Shown: in pieces, positions 23,750 to 35,090 of the stretch
How the letters are laid out: every line of letters begins with the position of its first letter
How positions within the stretch are numbered: the stretch's first letter is position 1
Source of the DNA: Octopus bimaculoides
Lineage: Eukaryota
DNA length: 64,000 nt
Assembly: GCF_001194135.2 (NCBI RefSeq)
Contig: NC_068981.1
Location: 135,774,830 to 135,838,829, forward strand
Reading direction: 5' to 3'
Translations under genes and position numbers: made by a program
Notes under the pieces: model-generated
Database searches by the model: none
Told to the model about the DNA's origin: nothing
What the model saw: only the letters and a program-made list of their open reading frames with translations

Positions 23750-24381
23750 GCTCAACTCGGTTTCTATGTTTTTTTCTCAAGCGAGATTCATACGAGTATT
23801 GGTGTTTAAAATGCACACAAAGCCACAAAAACTTGCAGTGGAATATGACCGATTATATCAACGTTAGTATTTCATTGTTTCCTTCAGTAAACATGGTAGG
23901 ACGAAAACAGTAACAATTTTGATCTTGCTGAAAGGATTTATTCAAAAAGTTGGCTTTTATTTCCAGTGAATCAAGTATTCACGTAAAGCTTCGTTCGTCA
24001 TTTCGTTACTGTTATCAATGATAAACAATGTATTATAATGTCCAATATAATTCACCACGAAGAAGACGACGACGTTATATCTTAAATTAAAGTAGGATTC
24101 ACAGCTGTATCTCTCTCCTGTTTTCTTTATAGCAATTATAAAGACGTTCTAATAGGAGTGTTCTGTTGAATTAATATTAATAAGGATACGAATGTGAAAA
24201 GAGAGGAATAAATAATGTAACGTGGGATCACCTAAGAACAATGAACATCATTATAATTGCTAGCTACATTCTCTATGTAATTAGTCCGTTTATACAGACA
24301 TTACAATTGTTGACGTCACAATACTTTGAAGACGTTGATATGAGTGTCTTCAAAAGCCGAAGGTTAAGTTTCCCTCTATAA

Positions 24382-27300
24382 CAGTGGTTCTCAAACTTTC
24401 AAAAAATTTTATGTGCCGGTCCCCTCACAGTTTTCTCGATGTCCCTTACAAAAATCGAGATAATTATTATGTAAAAAATGACATACATTCTTGTACCGTG
24501 ATTTCTGGACTATAGACCCGCAACCCCCAAAACGACATCTTAATCCACGCAATGCCCCATTGGGATACAATAAATACACATGAATAATTGGTTACAAAAC
24601 AAATTAGAAACGAAAACAGTTCGAAAATATACCGAGCATCCTGTATTAACAACCGAGTAAGACCCATTTATGCCCATTTGGTAGAAAGAAACCGCAGGTT
24701 ATACACCGAAAACTATGGTGTATATATGCACATGACTGTGGTTCACGAACTTTTGACATAACCTTCNNNNNNNNNNNNNNNNNNNNNNNNNNNNNNNNNN
24801 NNNNNNNNNNNNNNNNNNNNNNNNNNNNNNNNNNNNNNNNNNNNNNNNNNNNNNNNNNNNNNNNNNNNNNNNNNNNNNNNNNNNNNNNNNNNNNNNNNNN
24901 NNNNNNNNNNNNNNNNNNNNNNNNNNNNNNNNNNNNNNNNNNNNNNNNNNNNNNNNNNNNNNNNNNNNNNNNNNNNNNNNNNNNNNNNNNNNNNNNNNNN
25001 NNNNNNNNNNNNNNNNNNNNNNNNNNNNNNNNNNNNNNNNNNNNNNNNNNNNNNNNNNNNNNNNNNNNNNNNNNNNNNNNNNNNNNNNNNNNNNNNNNNN
25101 NNNNNNNNNNNNNNNNNNNNNNNNNNNNNNNNNNNNNNNNNNNNNNNNNNNNNNNNNNNNNNNNNNNNNNNNNNNNNNNNNNNNNNNNNNNNNNNNNNNN
25201 NNNNNNNNNNNNNNNNNNNNNNNNNNNNNNNNNNNNNNNNNNNNNNNNNNNNNNNNNNNNNNNNNNNNNNNNNNNNNNNNNNNNNNNNNNNNNNNNNNNN
25301 NNNNNNNNNNNNNNNNNNNNNNNNNNNNNNNNNNNNNNNNNNNNNNNNNNNNNNNNNNNNNNNNNNNNNNNNNNNNNNNNNNNNNNNNNNNNNNNNNNNN
25401 NNNNNNNNNNNNNNNNNNNNNNNNNNNNNNNNNNNNNNNNNNNNNNNNNNNNNACAGTCCGAAAATATCCCGAGCATCTTGTATTAACAACTGCGTAAGA
25501 CCCATTCATGCCTATTTGACAGAAAGAAACTGCAGGTCATACACCGAAAACTACGGTATATATATATACATGACAGTGGCTCACGAACTTTTAGCATCAC
25601 CTTTGTGATTCTATCACCACATTGTCATGTCATTCCTCATACAGATTATCCAAGAGGTGCATTTCANNNNNNNNNNNNNNNNNNNNNNNNNNNNNNNNNN
25701 NNNNNNNNNNNNNNNNNNNNNNNNNNNNNNNNNNNNNNNNNNNNNNNNNNNNNNNNNNNNNNNNNNAGGTCATACACCGAAAACTACGGTATATATATAT
25801 ATATACATGACAGTGGTTCACGAATTTTTAGCATCACCTTTGTGATGCTATCCTCACATTGTCATGTCATTCCTCATACAGATTATCCAAGAGGTGCATT
25901 TCAACTAATTTAGATATTTCCCGCAGAATTGTAATATTATCTCAAAGTGTACAGACGCTTCTGCCAATTGGATCACTTGAGTGCACGGAAAGCTACACCG
26001 TCTTCTCCTTCCCTGAAGGTTTGTCATTTTATTTATAGCTAAGTAACCAGCTCTTCTACGTTCGGCTCTGTTTTAGAGAAGGCAAACCTCATTTCTAGTG
26101 TAACATCTAGTCGATTTCGTGTCTTTATTTTGATGGCAAGCAAAGTGGAAAACGTGGTCTCACACTCATAGGTGGTTGGAAATGGCACCATATATTAAGA
26201 GACATCTTTGCGACATCAGTATACGACCGTGCCATTTCAATCCAAAAGTCAGAACAGTAGATTTCACGGTAAAACATTTTGCATCTCGATCATTGACCAA
26301 ATCAATGAACTACTCTTGAATTAAATTGTCTTCTGTTGGTAGATCGCTAACAGAGAACACAAAGGGATGGATTCCTGATAGAGCGGCAGTATTTGTGAAA
26401 GTCATGAAGATCAGGAAAATATAAAGAATATTTCTCTGCTAAATATTGACACGTGTTGTTTCATGGGTTCAATGATATCGTCATCGACTTGAAGCTCTTA
26501 TGCATCAATAAACACGTTTAGTTGAGGAAATGATGCAAAGTTCTTTCTAACCAACATTGGGGTGCCAAAGTTCAAGCTTCATTTTGGAAGTAGTTGGATT
26601 TTCATGAGAATGAAACATAGTTATCTCTCCCTTGCAGTGAAAGATTGACGGCATTCACTAACTTGAATATGACCGCCAAAAATGCCAAGCAGATCAGAAA
26701 ACGAACATCGGAGAATTTGGCAAGAAAATCTGGTTTCGAATCTTGTAAAAGATCGTAGACTTGTTTTCGTAGAATGAAGACCCTGTTTATTGTTTTTCCT
26801 CTCAAAAGCCATCTCAATTGTGAGTGCAACAGAAGCATTTCTTTGCACAACACGGCGGACAGACGGGATTTGAGTGCGTTCGCTTTGATGAAGTTCACGT
26901 AATTCAGAACATTCTTTAACTCATCAGGCATAGTTTTCACCATTTGTGCTTGTTGATGAATTGTGCTGTGTTTATCAATAGCACCTGGGGATTTTTCTTT
27001 CACTGAAATCTAAAAACCGGAACGGCAATCAGGCATCGCCGGAGCGCCATCGGTGCACATGCTAATGACATGTTCCCAGCTGACAGCTGATATTATGTAC
27101 CTCAAAAAATTTCTCCAGTTTGTTAAATATTTCTTTTGCGGTTGTTTTGGTGCTGAGGGTTTTCCAAAACAGGAATTCGTCCTTCAAGTGAGTGTTATGT
27201 ACATAACGTACATAGACGCAAAGTTGGGTTAAGTTGGAAACATCCGTCCTTTCATCAAGCTAGATCACGAAAAAGTTCAAAAGCGAATTGTGAATGCTAG

Positions 27301-27700
27301 AGACCAACTGCAACAGAATGTTGTCAGACAGCTCAGTTATTCACGTGCTAACAGTATCGTTTGTGAAAGACATGCTTCAGCTTCTGAATTTCAGAACTTC
27401 CTAGCACATTCGATATGATATCTCTGCAGCAAGGCAATATCAACTCTTCGCCAATATTGTTGGGAATTTTGGCAACAGTTATTTACTTTGAAACTTCGTA
27501 CGGTAATTTAAAACCAGCCGTAATATCCAGAGAAGACATTCCTGCGTCATCAAGTCTGCACTTCGTCAATCTGACGGCTTCTCAATTTATTGAACTAGAA
27601 TACTTCGTTTTGAAGTAAACAAATTTAATATAACTAGATACATTGTATATTTATTTCGAATTTTTCATATACTACGGTTGTGCATATATGCATTAATATA
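24382..27700 (-). mobile_element. hAT (Buster/Charlie-type) transposon remnant with subterminal tandem repeats
   Basis: TIR CAGTGGTTCTCAAAC at 24382 preceded by CTCTATAA (nnnTAnnn-type site). Disrupted transposase on the minus strand with LDERTD, CTDGAPAM, 'LLLHSQLRWLLRGK' and NLSLQG motifs. Other end not found. Confidence 0.8.
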
Positions 27701-28153
27701 GCTAGCTTTTTTGGGGTTCACTATTAATTGCGGAAGAAATCCAAAGTGCATGTGAGCGTTGTTTTGTACCTAGGTAAACCTCCGCGAATTGATAACCGCT
27801 ACCATGAAAAGCAACCATGCCTTATAATGCTCAGCCACCGTCCGAGATGGGAATGGGTGTATGGCAAAGGGCAAGGTCGTGCGGGAACATGCACCGGTGA
27901 GTATAACGATTACAGTAGTGGAGTGATGAAGCATGTGAACGTAGAATACTGACAGCGCATGTACGATCCACCATTATACCCGCATATTTTCCATTAGCCT
28001 ATCACACCTGTTGCACAACAAGCGCGGTTATAGCGAATCAAATTGTTACGTAAAACTTCATTCGTCATTTCTTTACCGTTTTTAATGATGAACATTGTAC
28101 TGTTATGTCCAATACGATAGCTCACAACAACGAAGACGACATTATATCTTATA

Positions 28154-28260
28154 CTAGATTAAAAGCCGCACTCTGTGCGGACGTTTGAGATAGCACCTCC
28201 GGAGGGCTCATTGAGCCTTCAGCCCAAAACTATGGAAAGCAATAATAATAAAACCTTTAT
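28154..28260 (-). mobile_element. Helitron 3' end (same family and same spacer site as 15276)
   Basis: A|CTAG at 28154-28157; hairpin CCGCAC-TCT-GTGCGG at 28166-28180. Confidence 0.65.
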
Positions 28261-28711
28261 TGGTATCCTACCATCTCACATTTATATCACAGAGTATCGC
28301 ATTCGGGTAAATTTGCATCACTTTGGAGATCACTTCAAAGTAGAACCTTTACAGAATCATCTAATTTGATCAGACAATTATGACACATATCTGACTCATA
28401 ATCATTTCATGGTTGCCAAGAGCAACATTAAATTTTCTTAAAAGTACGGTTTAAAATCTGCTGACAGCACCCCATACCTATCTTTAAAATCTTCAAGCAT
28501 TCCCAGTGGCCCCAATGAGGGTAGGAGAAATGAGTGTAAATTATGTTTTTGATGTTTTGAGAAAGAACGAGATTCCATTTGTTAACGAGGTAACGATCGC
28601 AGTGGTTCTTAATAAATAAGAAATAACTTTTCTTATCTTAACAACTGGCAAAATTGTTCTTAGACACTGTCTCCAACACCACTTCATCTATTTTGCACAT
28701 TATAAACACTG

Positions 28712-29112
28712 TTCTTTTATTCTTTTACTTGCTTCAGTCATTTGACTGCGGCTATGCTGGAGCATCGCCTTGAAGGGTTTTTAGTCAAACAAATCGACCC
28801 CGGAACTTAGCTTTTTAAAGCCTAGTACTTATTCTATCGGCCTCTTTTATCGAACTGGTAGGTTACGGGGACGTAAACACAGTAAAACCAGTTGTCAAGC
28901 GGTGATAGAGGGACAAACACGGACACAAAGACACACACACACACATAGATATATGGATATTCGACGGGGGTCTTTCAGTTTCCGTCTTCCAAATCCACTC
29001 ACGTTAGTTGGCCCGACGTTATAGATGAAGACACTTGCCCATAGTACCATGCAGTGGGACTGAACTCAGAACCATGTGGTTGGGAAGCAAATTTCTTGCC
29101 ACACCCGCGCCT
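28712..29112 (-). mobile_element. SINE family D (OK-like)
   Basis: CAGTCATTTGACTGCGGCTATGCTGGAGC tail and tRNA-like head; matches 62815-63140. Confidence 0.75.
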
Positions 29113-29356
29113 ATTTTGAGGTTACTGAGATAGATTTGGGCTGCTATTTCTAATGGATCCAGCAGTCACGTAGTTGAAAATATAAGAAGTCAATTTGAAT
29201 GCAGAATATAAAAGACAGATTGGTATAATTGATTAATATTACTATAACTAATAATTATTTGGACTCGGATACCTATCAGAAATAATATATAAGTACCAAA
29301 GCTTGGAAAACAAACAAAGACAAAAAAAGCAAAATAATCCGAGATGCGGCATTATT

Positions 29357-29430
29357 AGGCTCCGGAGAGATTCGAACACTCGACCTCCAGTTTACTAGAC
29401 TGGCGCTCTAACCAACTGAGCTACGGAGCC
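29357..29430 (-). tRNA. tRNA-Thr-AGT: tRNA-Thr(AGT), apparently intact, inverted relative to the array
   Basis: Reverse complement GGCTCCGTAGCTCAGTTGGTTAGAGCGCCAGTCTAGTAAACTGGAGGTCGAGTGTTCGAATCTCTCCGGAGCCT; A-runs at 29322-29334. Confidence 0.9.
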
Positions 29431-30335
29431 ACACAGGTTTGTTCTCTTAAATTATTCTTATGATGTTACCAACTAGAATGTAAAAATGTAACTACAATAA
29501 TGAATAGTGATATTCAAACTGTATCAATTTTAGCGACGTTTATCGTTGTTGCACTTTCTCCAATATTCTTACTGATACTAGTTTAACAAAGACTCACACT
29601 ACGACGTCTGTGTTACTGTCGAGATTAAAGGTAAGACATAAAAAAATACCTGGTTTAATGTAAGATATAATGCCTTATCCATGATAAACGGGAGGTCGAG
29701 TGTTTGAGTCCTTCAGTAGCTTAGTTTTTCAAGAAGTTTTTTTTTTCTACTAAGATATACAAAATTGGTACGAATATTTATTTCTGAATTACAAATCTAC
29801 TAGCGTTTGAGATGATGTATTTTCGATTATATCGACCATAGAATTTTCTTTGGAAATGAGCTTCCAGTAACAACTACTCTTTGTCAACCAGCATTAATTC
29901 TTTTTTATTGGTCACTGTGAGAGAAACAAGAACAGTGTATCACTTGTTACTACGGAAATCTACACAGCGAGAAAAATCGAGAGAAAGATTTCACTTTACG
30001 TATATCGGTCGATAGGTAAAAGATACAGGGTTAATTTTGGAAATACTGCCTACTGCTTCATAGATGATCAAGTTTACTGGAGTCCTCTTCTGTAGAAGTA
30101 CTTTATTGCTAGTTTATTTCATTGAGTTTGGAAAGGGGATGAATTTTTACTACAACACAATGAACAAAATGTAAATACTTCATAGTCCTCTTTCTCACGA
30201 TTCCATGAAAAAGTATCCCTTATTAACTACGTAGCTAAATCATTCACTCATTATGATTTGAGAAAATTTGATTTTATTATCCATTTTATAGATCTCGTTC
30301 CGCCTTGTTATCAGTAAATCCACTTCACTTATTGT

Positions 30336-30887
30336 TCATTTATGATTACATAGTTTTTGACATAGTTCTCTATTGACCATGGCTTTAATCGAATCTGATC
30401 TAGAAGACACACGATCAAAAGTAAACGAGTCTTGAACTCTCCGTGGTATTCCCCAAGTTGTATATACGACTACAATATCTGATTTGTTGTTCTTTGTTTC
30501 AGACAATAGGATATGATTTAAGACAAATTCAGATGCTGTTTCCACCATATCAAGATAACATGTTGTGGATCCTTCATCATTTCGGTGGCTTTGTAGGTGC
30601 TGATGTTGACAGTGATGTGATATCTCACGTATTCACCAGTAAGAGAATATCACATCTTTTTCTAAGAACAGGTTTTTCCTCCCACATCACTCTCGTTTTT
30701 TTAGTTGATGATACTAATGTTGTTTAGTATTAAGTTGACACTGATTAAGCAGATCTTTGATCAAAGATGTTCCATCTGGGACTGTCTCGTCCTTTGTAAG
30801 TTCTGGATAACGTTCAATAATATTCGATTCTAAGACGGCCGTTAAAATTACCCAAAATTTGTAAACTTAGGAAAGAATTTCAACCAT
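30336..30887 (-). pseudogene. decayed intronless ORF of unknown family
   Basis: One frame from ATG at 30887 to the stop at 30336, 184 codons with only four internal stops; no recognisable motif. Confidence 0.3.
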
Positions 30888-30909
30888 GTTTCGTGGTCTG
30901 CTACCACAA

Positions 30910-31030
30910 CAGCTCCTTTATAGGATCCAGTTAGCTCAAGACATCATCAGGAGGAACCACGTCCGGTTTCGGCCCCTACTTCTCTACCGTTTTGACGTGG
31001 CGGGGCCCCGCCCCCTTTCGGAAGTGTCTT
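30910..31030 (-). promoter_or_regulatory. Pol II promoter-like GC island (TATAAA, GC boxes, ETS and CRE-like motifs)
   Basis: TATAAA at 30917-30922 (minus); palindrome GGCGGGGCCCCGCC at 30999-31012; CGGAAGTG at 31019-31026; TGACGTGG at 30993-31000. Confidence 0.45.
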
Positions 31031-31145
31031 CAGCTCTGGTGTTGGGCGCATGTCTTCTTTCTTCTATTCCCTGGCTTCTTCGATGCAGCATCAACGAGTG
31101 TCAGCGTCCGACTGATTGTCTTGTCAAATTCCCCTTTTTATACCT

Positions 31146-31322
31146 GCTGCTAGGCTCCAGCAGGCTGCCCCAGCAAGTTGTCACGTGACACTGTCTAAAT
31201 TTCCCGCTGCTAGGGTCCAGTAGGCAGCCCCAGCAAGTTGTCACATGATACTGTCTAAACTTCCCGCTGCTAGGCTCCAGCAAGTTGCCCCAGCAAGTTG
31301 TCACGTGACACTGTCTAAACTT
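31146..31322. repeat. 60-bp tandem repeat x3 with GTCACGTGAC
   Basis: Units start at 31146, 31206 and 31266. Confidence 0.9.
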
Positions 31323-31544
31323 TAACTGACAATGGAGGGCGCGTAATCTTAGCCCACGCATGCTCTAACTGAGACCGTCACCTGTCAATCATGTTAATAA
31401 TTCATGACAAAAATGAATTCCATTTTCATAATTAGCATACAAAACTAAATCGGTACACCAAATTTGAAAACAATTGGAACAAAATTTAAAAAGAAACTGT
31501 GATAACAACAGAAAAGATACTAATTTGGAATCAGGAACGCATCT

Positions 31545-31618
31545 GGCTCCGTAGCTCAGATGGTTAGAGCGCCAGTCTAGTAAACTGGAGGTCGAGTGTT
31601 CGAATCTCTCCGGAGCCT
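31545..31618 (+). tRNA. tRNA-Thr-AGT: tRNA-Thr(AGT), apparently intact
   Basis: Full cloverleaf; B box GTTCGAATC; T7 at 31637-31643. Confidence 0.9.
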
Positions 31619-32395
31619 AATAGTACGTATCTTCTCTTTTTTTGCTTTTCCAGCTTTGGTACAATTATACTATTTCTGATAGGTATACATTTCAAAATAA
31701 TTAATATTTGCAGTAATATCAACGAATCGATGTAACAACTTCTATATGTATGCTTTCGCCCTTGAAACAACACCTGTCTTACTTGTTCCTTTTTCCTTTG
31801 CAGTAGATGATAATAATGAAGATGATGTTTATCATTAATGCAAATTCAGTAGAGCTATCTACAATGAAGGATGTTGCCTTTTGTCCACCCCATATATTTA
31901 TATGTGAAGGATTATATTCAATATCTCTCATCTTTTTTATGACGGTAGATTTCGATGTTATTTCTTGTTGGTCGTTGTTCCAACCATGACCATTCTCTCT
32001 CTTTTTTTATTTTTGCATATTTGCAGGGAACCCGACACTACATTTTCAAGTGTATCATTCCTACGACTGATGGGCTGTAATTTGAAACAGACTCCTATAC
32101 CAATCCGGCTGAGCGACCACACTACATACGAGCTCTATCGTTGAGTCATGTTAATAGGACGAAGGAAAGAGATTGAAGTTTCTCCCACTGAATCTCTTGT
32201 AATCTCTACAGCAATTAAGCAGACGTTATAGTGGCAGTGATTATTGGAGTTAATTATAATAAATCAAAAAATGTATGTTGACTTTTTCCTTAACATGTCC
32301 ACTTTGAAGAATTTTTCAATCTTGAGATTATCTCCCATTCTCAAGTTGTGCTGGTTTTAATTACCATTTGGTATTTATGATATAGCCTCTAGAGG

Positions 32396-32625
32396 AAGGC
32401 GGCGAGCTGGTAGAAACGTTAGCACGCCGGGCGAAATGCTTAGCGGTATTTCGTCTGCAGCTATGTTCTGAGTTCAAATTCCGCCGAGGTCGACTTAGCC
32501 TCTTATCCTTTCGGGGTGGATTAAATAAGTACCAGTTACGCACTGGGGTCGATGAAATCGACTTAATCTGTTTGTCTTGTTTGTCCCCTCTATGTTTAGC
32601 CCCTTGTGGCCAATAAAGAAATAAG
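32396..32625 (+). mobile_element. SINE S1 with CCCCTTGTG/AATAAAGAAATAA tail
   Basis: Full S1 head and body plus the alternative tail. Confidence 0.9.
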
Positions 32626-32894
32626 AAACGTTAGCACGCCGGTCGAAATGCTTAGCAGTATTTCGTCTGACTTTACGTTCTGACTTTACGTTTAATAAAT
32701 CAAGTATTTATGTCATATGATATTTGATATACCTATATTTCTCTACGTTGATCAATAAGAATACTTGAGTAAAAAAAACAAAACAAGATAAGATATTACT
32801 ATAACAACAATGGAGGACATTATAATTGTTAGCTACAATTTTAACATCCTTATTCATTATCACATCTTAATAACTTAACTGCACTGTAGGATGT

Positions 32895-32968
32895 CCGTTC
32901 GTGGCCTTAGCTGTTTAGCTTGCCAGTTAAGTAAACTGGAGATCAAGCTGTCGAAACAGTCTGGATCT
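32895..32968 (+). pseudogene. highly degraded tRNA-Thr copy
   Basis: GCCAGTTAAGTAAACTGGAGATC following a homologous spacer. Confidence 0.55.
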
Positions 32969-33914
32969 CTCTCTGACTACATTTTGTTTTAATAAGAGAG
33001 ATATCTTTATTTGAGAGGATGATATTGTAGATTAAACCGGACTATTACTGGACTAAATAAGTTACTTTAGTTACAGACATCGGATGAATGAAGACCAATT
33101 TTTACCTATTTATATATAATTAATGCACACTATATGAATTTATCCAGTGGTCCTCACAAAAAGCTCCTTTAGTGGACCAGGCAAATAACCATATAATAAA
33201 CCACAACAAAGGGGTGTAATGTAGAGTCCAATTCAATTGGAATCCAGTAAATTCAATTTATTAATGATTATTTCATTAGCAGTGTATATAACATAAAGAA
33301 AGAGAGGAGGTTTGAGACGAATATATTGATTTCACCAGCTGATATCCGTGTGACTACGATCGTTTCTCAACCTCACCATAGCTAGTCTGTCCATGTTTGT
33401 TATGTCCCTCTGTTTTGAGTTCAAATCCCTTCGGTGTATATTTTGTCTTTCATATTTTCGGATTCGATAAGATGATTACTTTCGAACTTGGAGACGAGTG
33501 TTCGAATGTTTGTGAGGCCTAATACATCACGCTAATACTATTTTTCTCTATTTACTTAGAGGAAGCCGCTTACCAAAAGCATTTCAATCATGTCCACCCT
33601 GTATTTTATATTTGTCGGGAATCCAAGACTAAGTTATCCAAGACTAAAGAACTTCAGGGGTTGGTGGAAAGAATGAGAGGAAGTTCTCTTCAACGTTATC
33701 TAGCAAACACGATAACTTGCCGAAGAAAGAACGTTCTCAACCAAAGGGCCGTCGTTCATATTGTTTTATGTGAGTAATCCCTTTAGAGCAATCGTCGTTC
33801 CCTATCATCTTTAAATCCATCACTCATATTCTTTGTTGTGATTATCCACTTCATGGTACTAGTCTTTCTCCTTCAACCAAAAAGCCTCTAACTCTTTCAT
33901 GTAATTATCCAGTG

Positions 33915-34085
33915 GCATGGCGGCGCAGAATTGTTAGCATGTTGGGCGAAATGCTTAGCGGTATTTCATCCATCCTTATGTTCTGAGTTCAAATTCTGTC
34001 CAGGCCTTCTTTGCCTTTTATCCTTTCGGAGTTGATAAAATGAGTACCAGTTGAGCACTGGGGTTGTTGTAATCGAATTAACTAC
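33915..34085 (+). mobile_element. SINE S1
   Basis: S1 consensus, diverged. Confidence 0.7.
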
Positions 34086-34814
34086 TTCTGGGTAAGAGTA
34101 TAAAAAGGAAAAAAACAAAAAAACAAAACAAAAGCTCCACCCCTCTGCCAAGTTATGTCGAGCTAGTGTGGTAGAGTAGGCTCATCCAACCAGTATGATC
34201 TTGAAGGTCACGGCCGCCACATCAAACCGTGTTTAGTGGAGACAACATGCTGACGCCTTCGTTCATTGCAGTGGACTTAACATAGGCAATCCCATCCAAT
34301 ATCCTTACGTTTCAGTCATAAAACCACCGTTATTCAATTGATAAAATTTCTTTAAAACCCGTTCACGACGCTTGTACTTTTTTTTTCTACCATATATAAC
34401 ATACACCGATCCTCATTATTTGATGCAGTTATTCAGTTCAACGTATCAGTCCTTCCCTATCTTCCATAAATGCTTACAATACTTTATCAATAATAAACTC
34501 ACTGCTCTTATTGTTTGATGCGATTATTCAGTTCACAACAGGCGGTACTTCACTATCAACACTGTCCTAATTTCTCTTACTGTTTATTATGTTTAGCCAT
34601 TTTTTCGGCCTCATTTGTCCTTATCATTCATGAACCCATTTGTGTTATTGTTTAATCTAATTTATAGTTTATGCCTCACGTCCTTCTCCATTCGCAATTA
34701 ATCTACTGTTTTTATTGTCTGTTTACGCATTTATGTTTAATGACACTTTCGCAGTGTTTGGACTACATTCTTCCCGTTGACCTGCTTTATATAATATAAA
34801 TAGAAATATAGATA

Positions 34815-34832
34815 AATAGACACACACACACA

Positions 34833-34866
<34 letters not shown>

Positions 34867-35030
34867 GATAAATAAATAAATAAATAGAGAGATAAATAGA
34901 TAGATAGATAGATAGATAGATGGATAGATGGATAAATAGATAAAAAGATAGTTAAATAGTTACACTGATAGTGGGTTAGATAGACAGGTAGACAGAAAGA
35001 AAAGTAGTTAATAGATAGATAGATTAATAG
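34815..35030. repeat. (CA)n/(TAAA)n/(TAGA)n microsatellite
   Basis: Direct reading. Confidence 0.9.
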
Positions 35031-35090
35031 GTAGATATACAGACAAACCGACAGATTACTGGTTAAATTACCAGATATATGAATTGATAA

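Noticed and set aside
2515-24360. Regularly spaced repeats resembling a CRISPR array
   Set aside because: The repeats are 71-74 nt tRNA copies with long homologous spacers in eukaryotic DNA; there are no cas genes.
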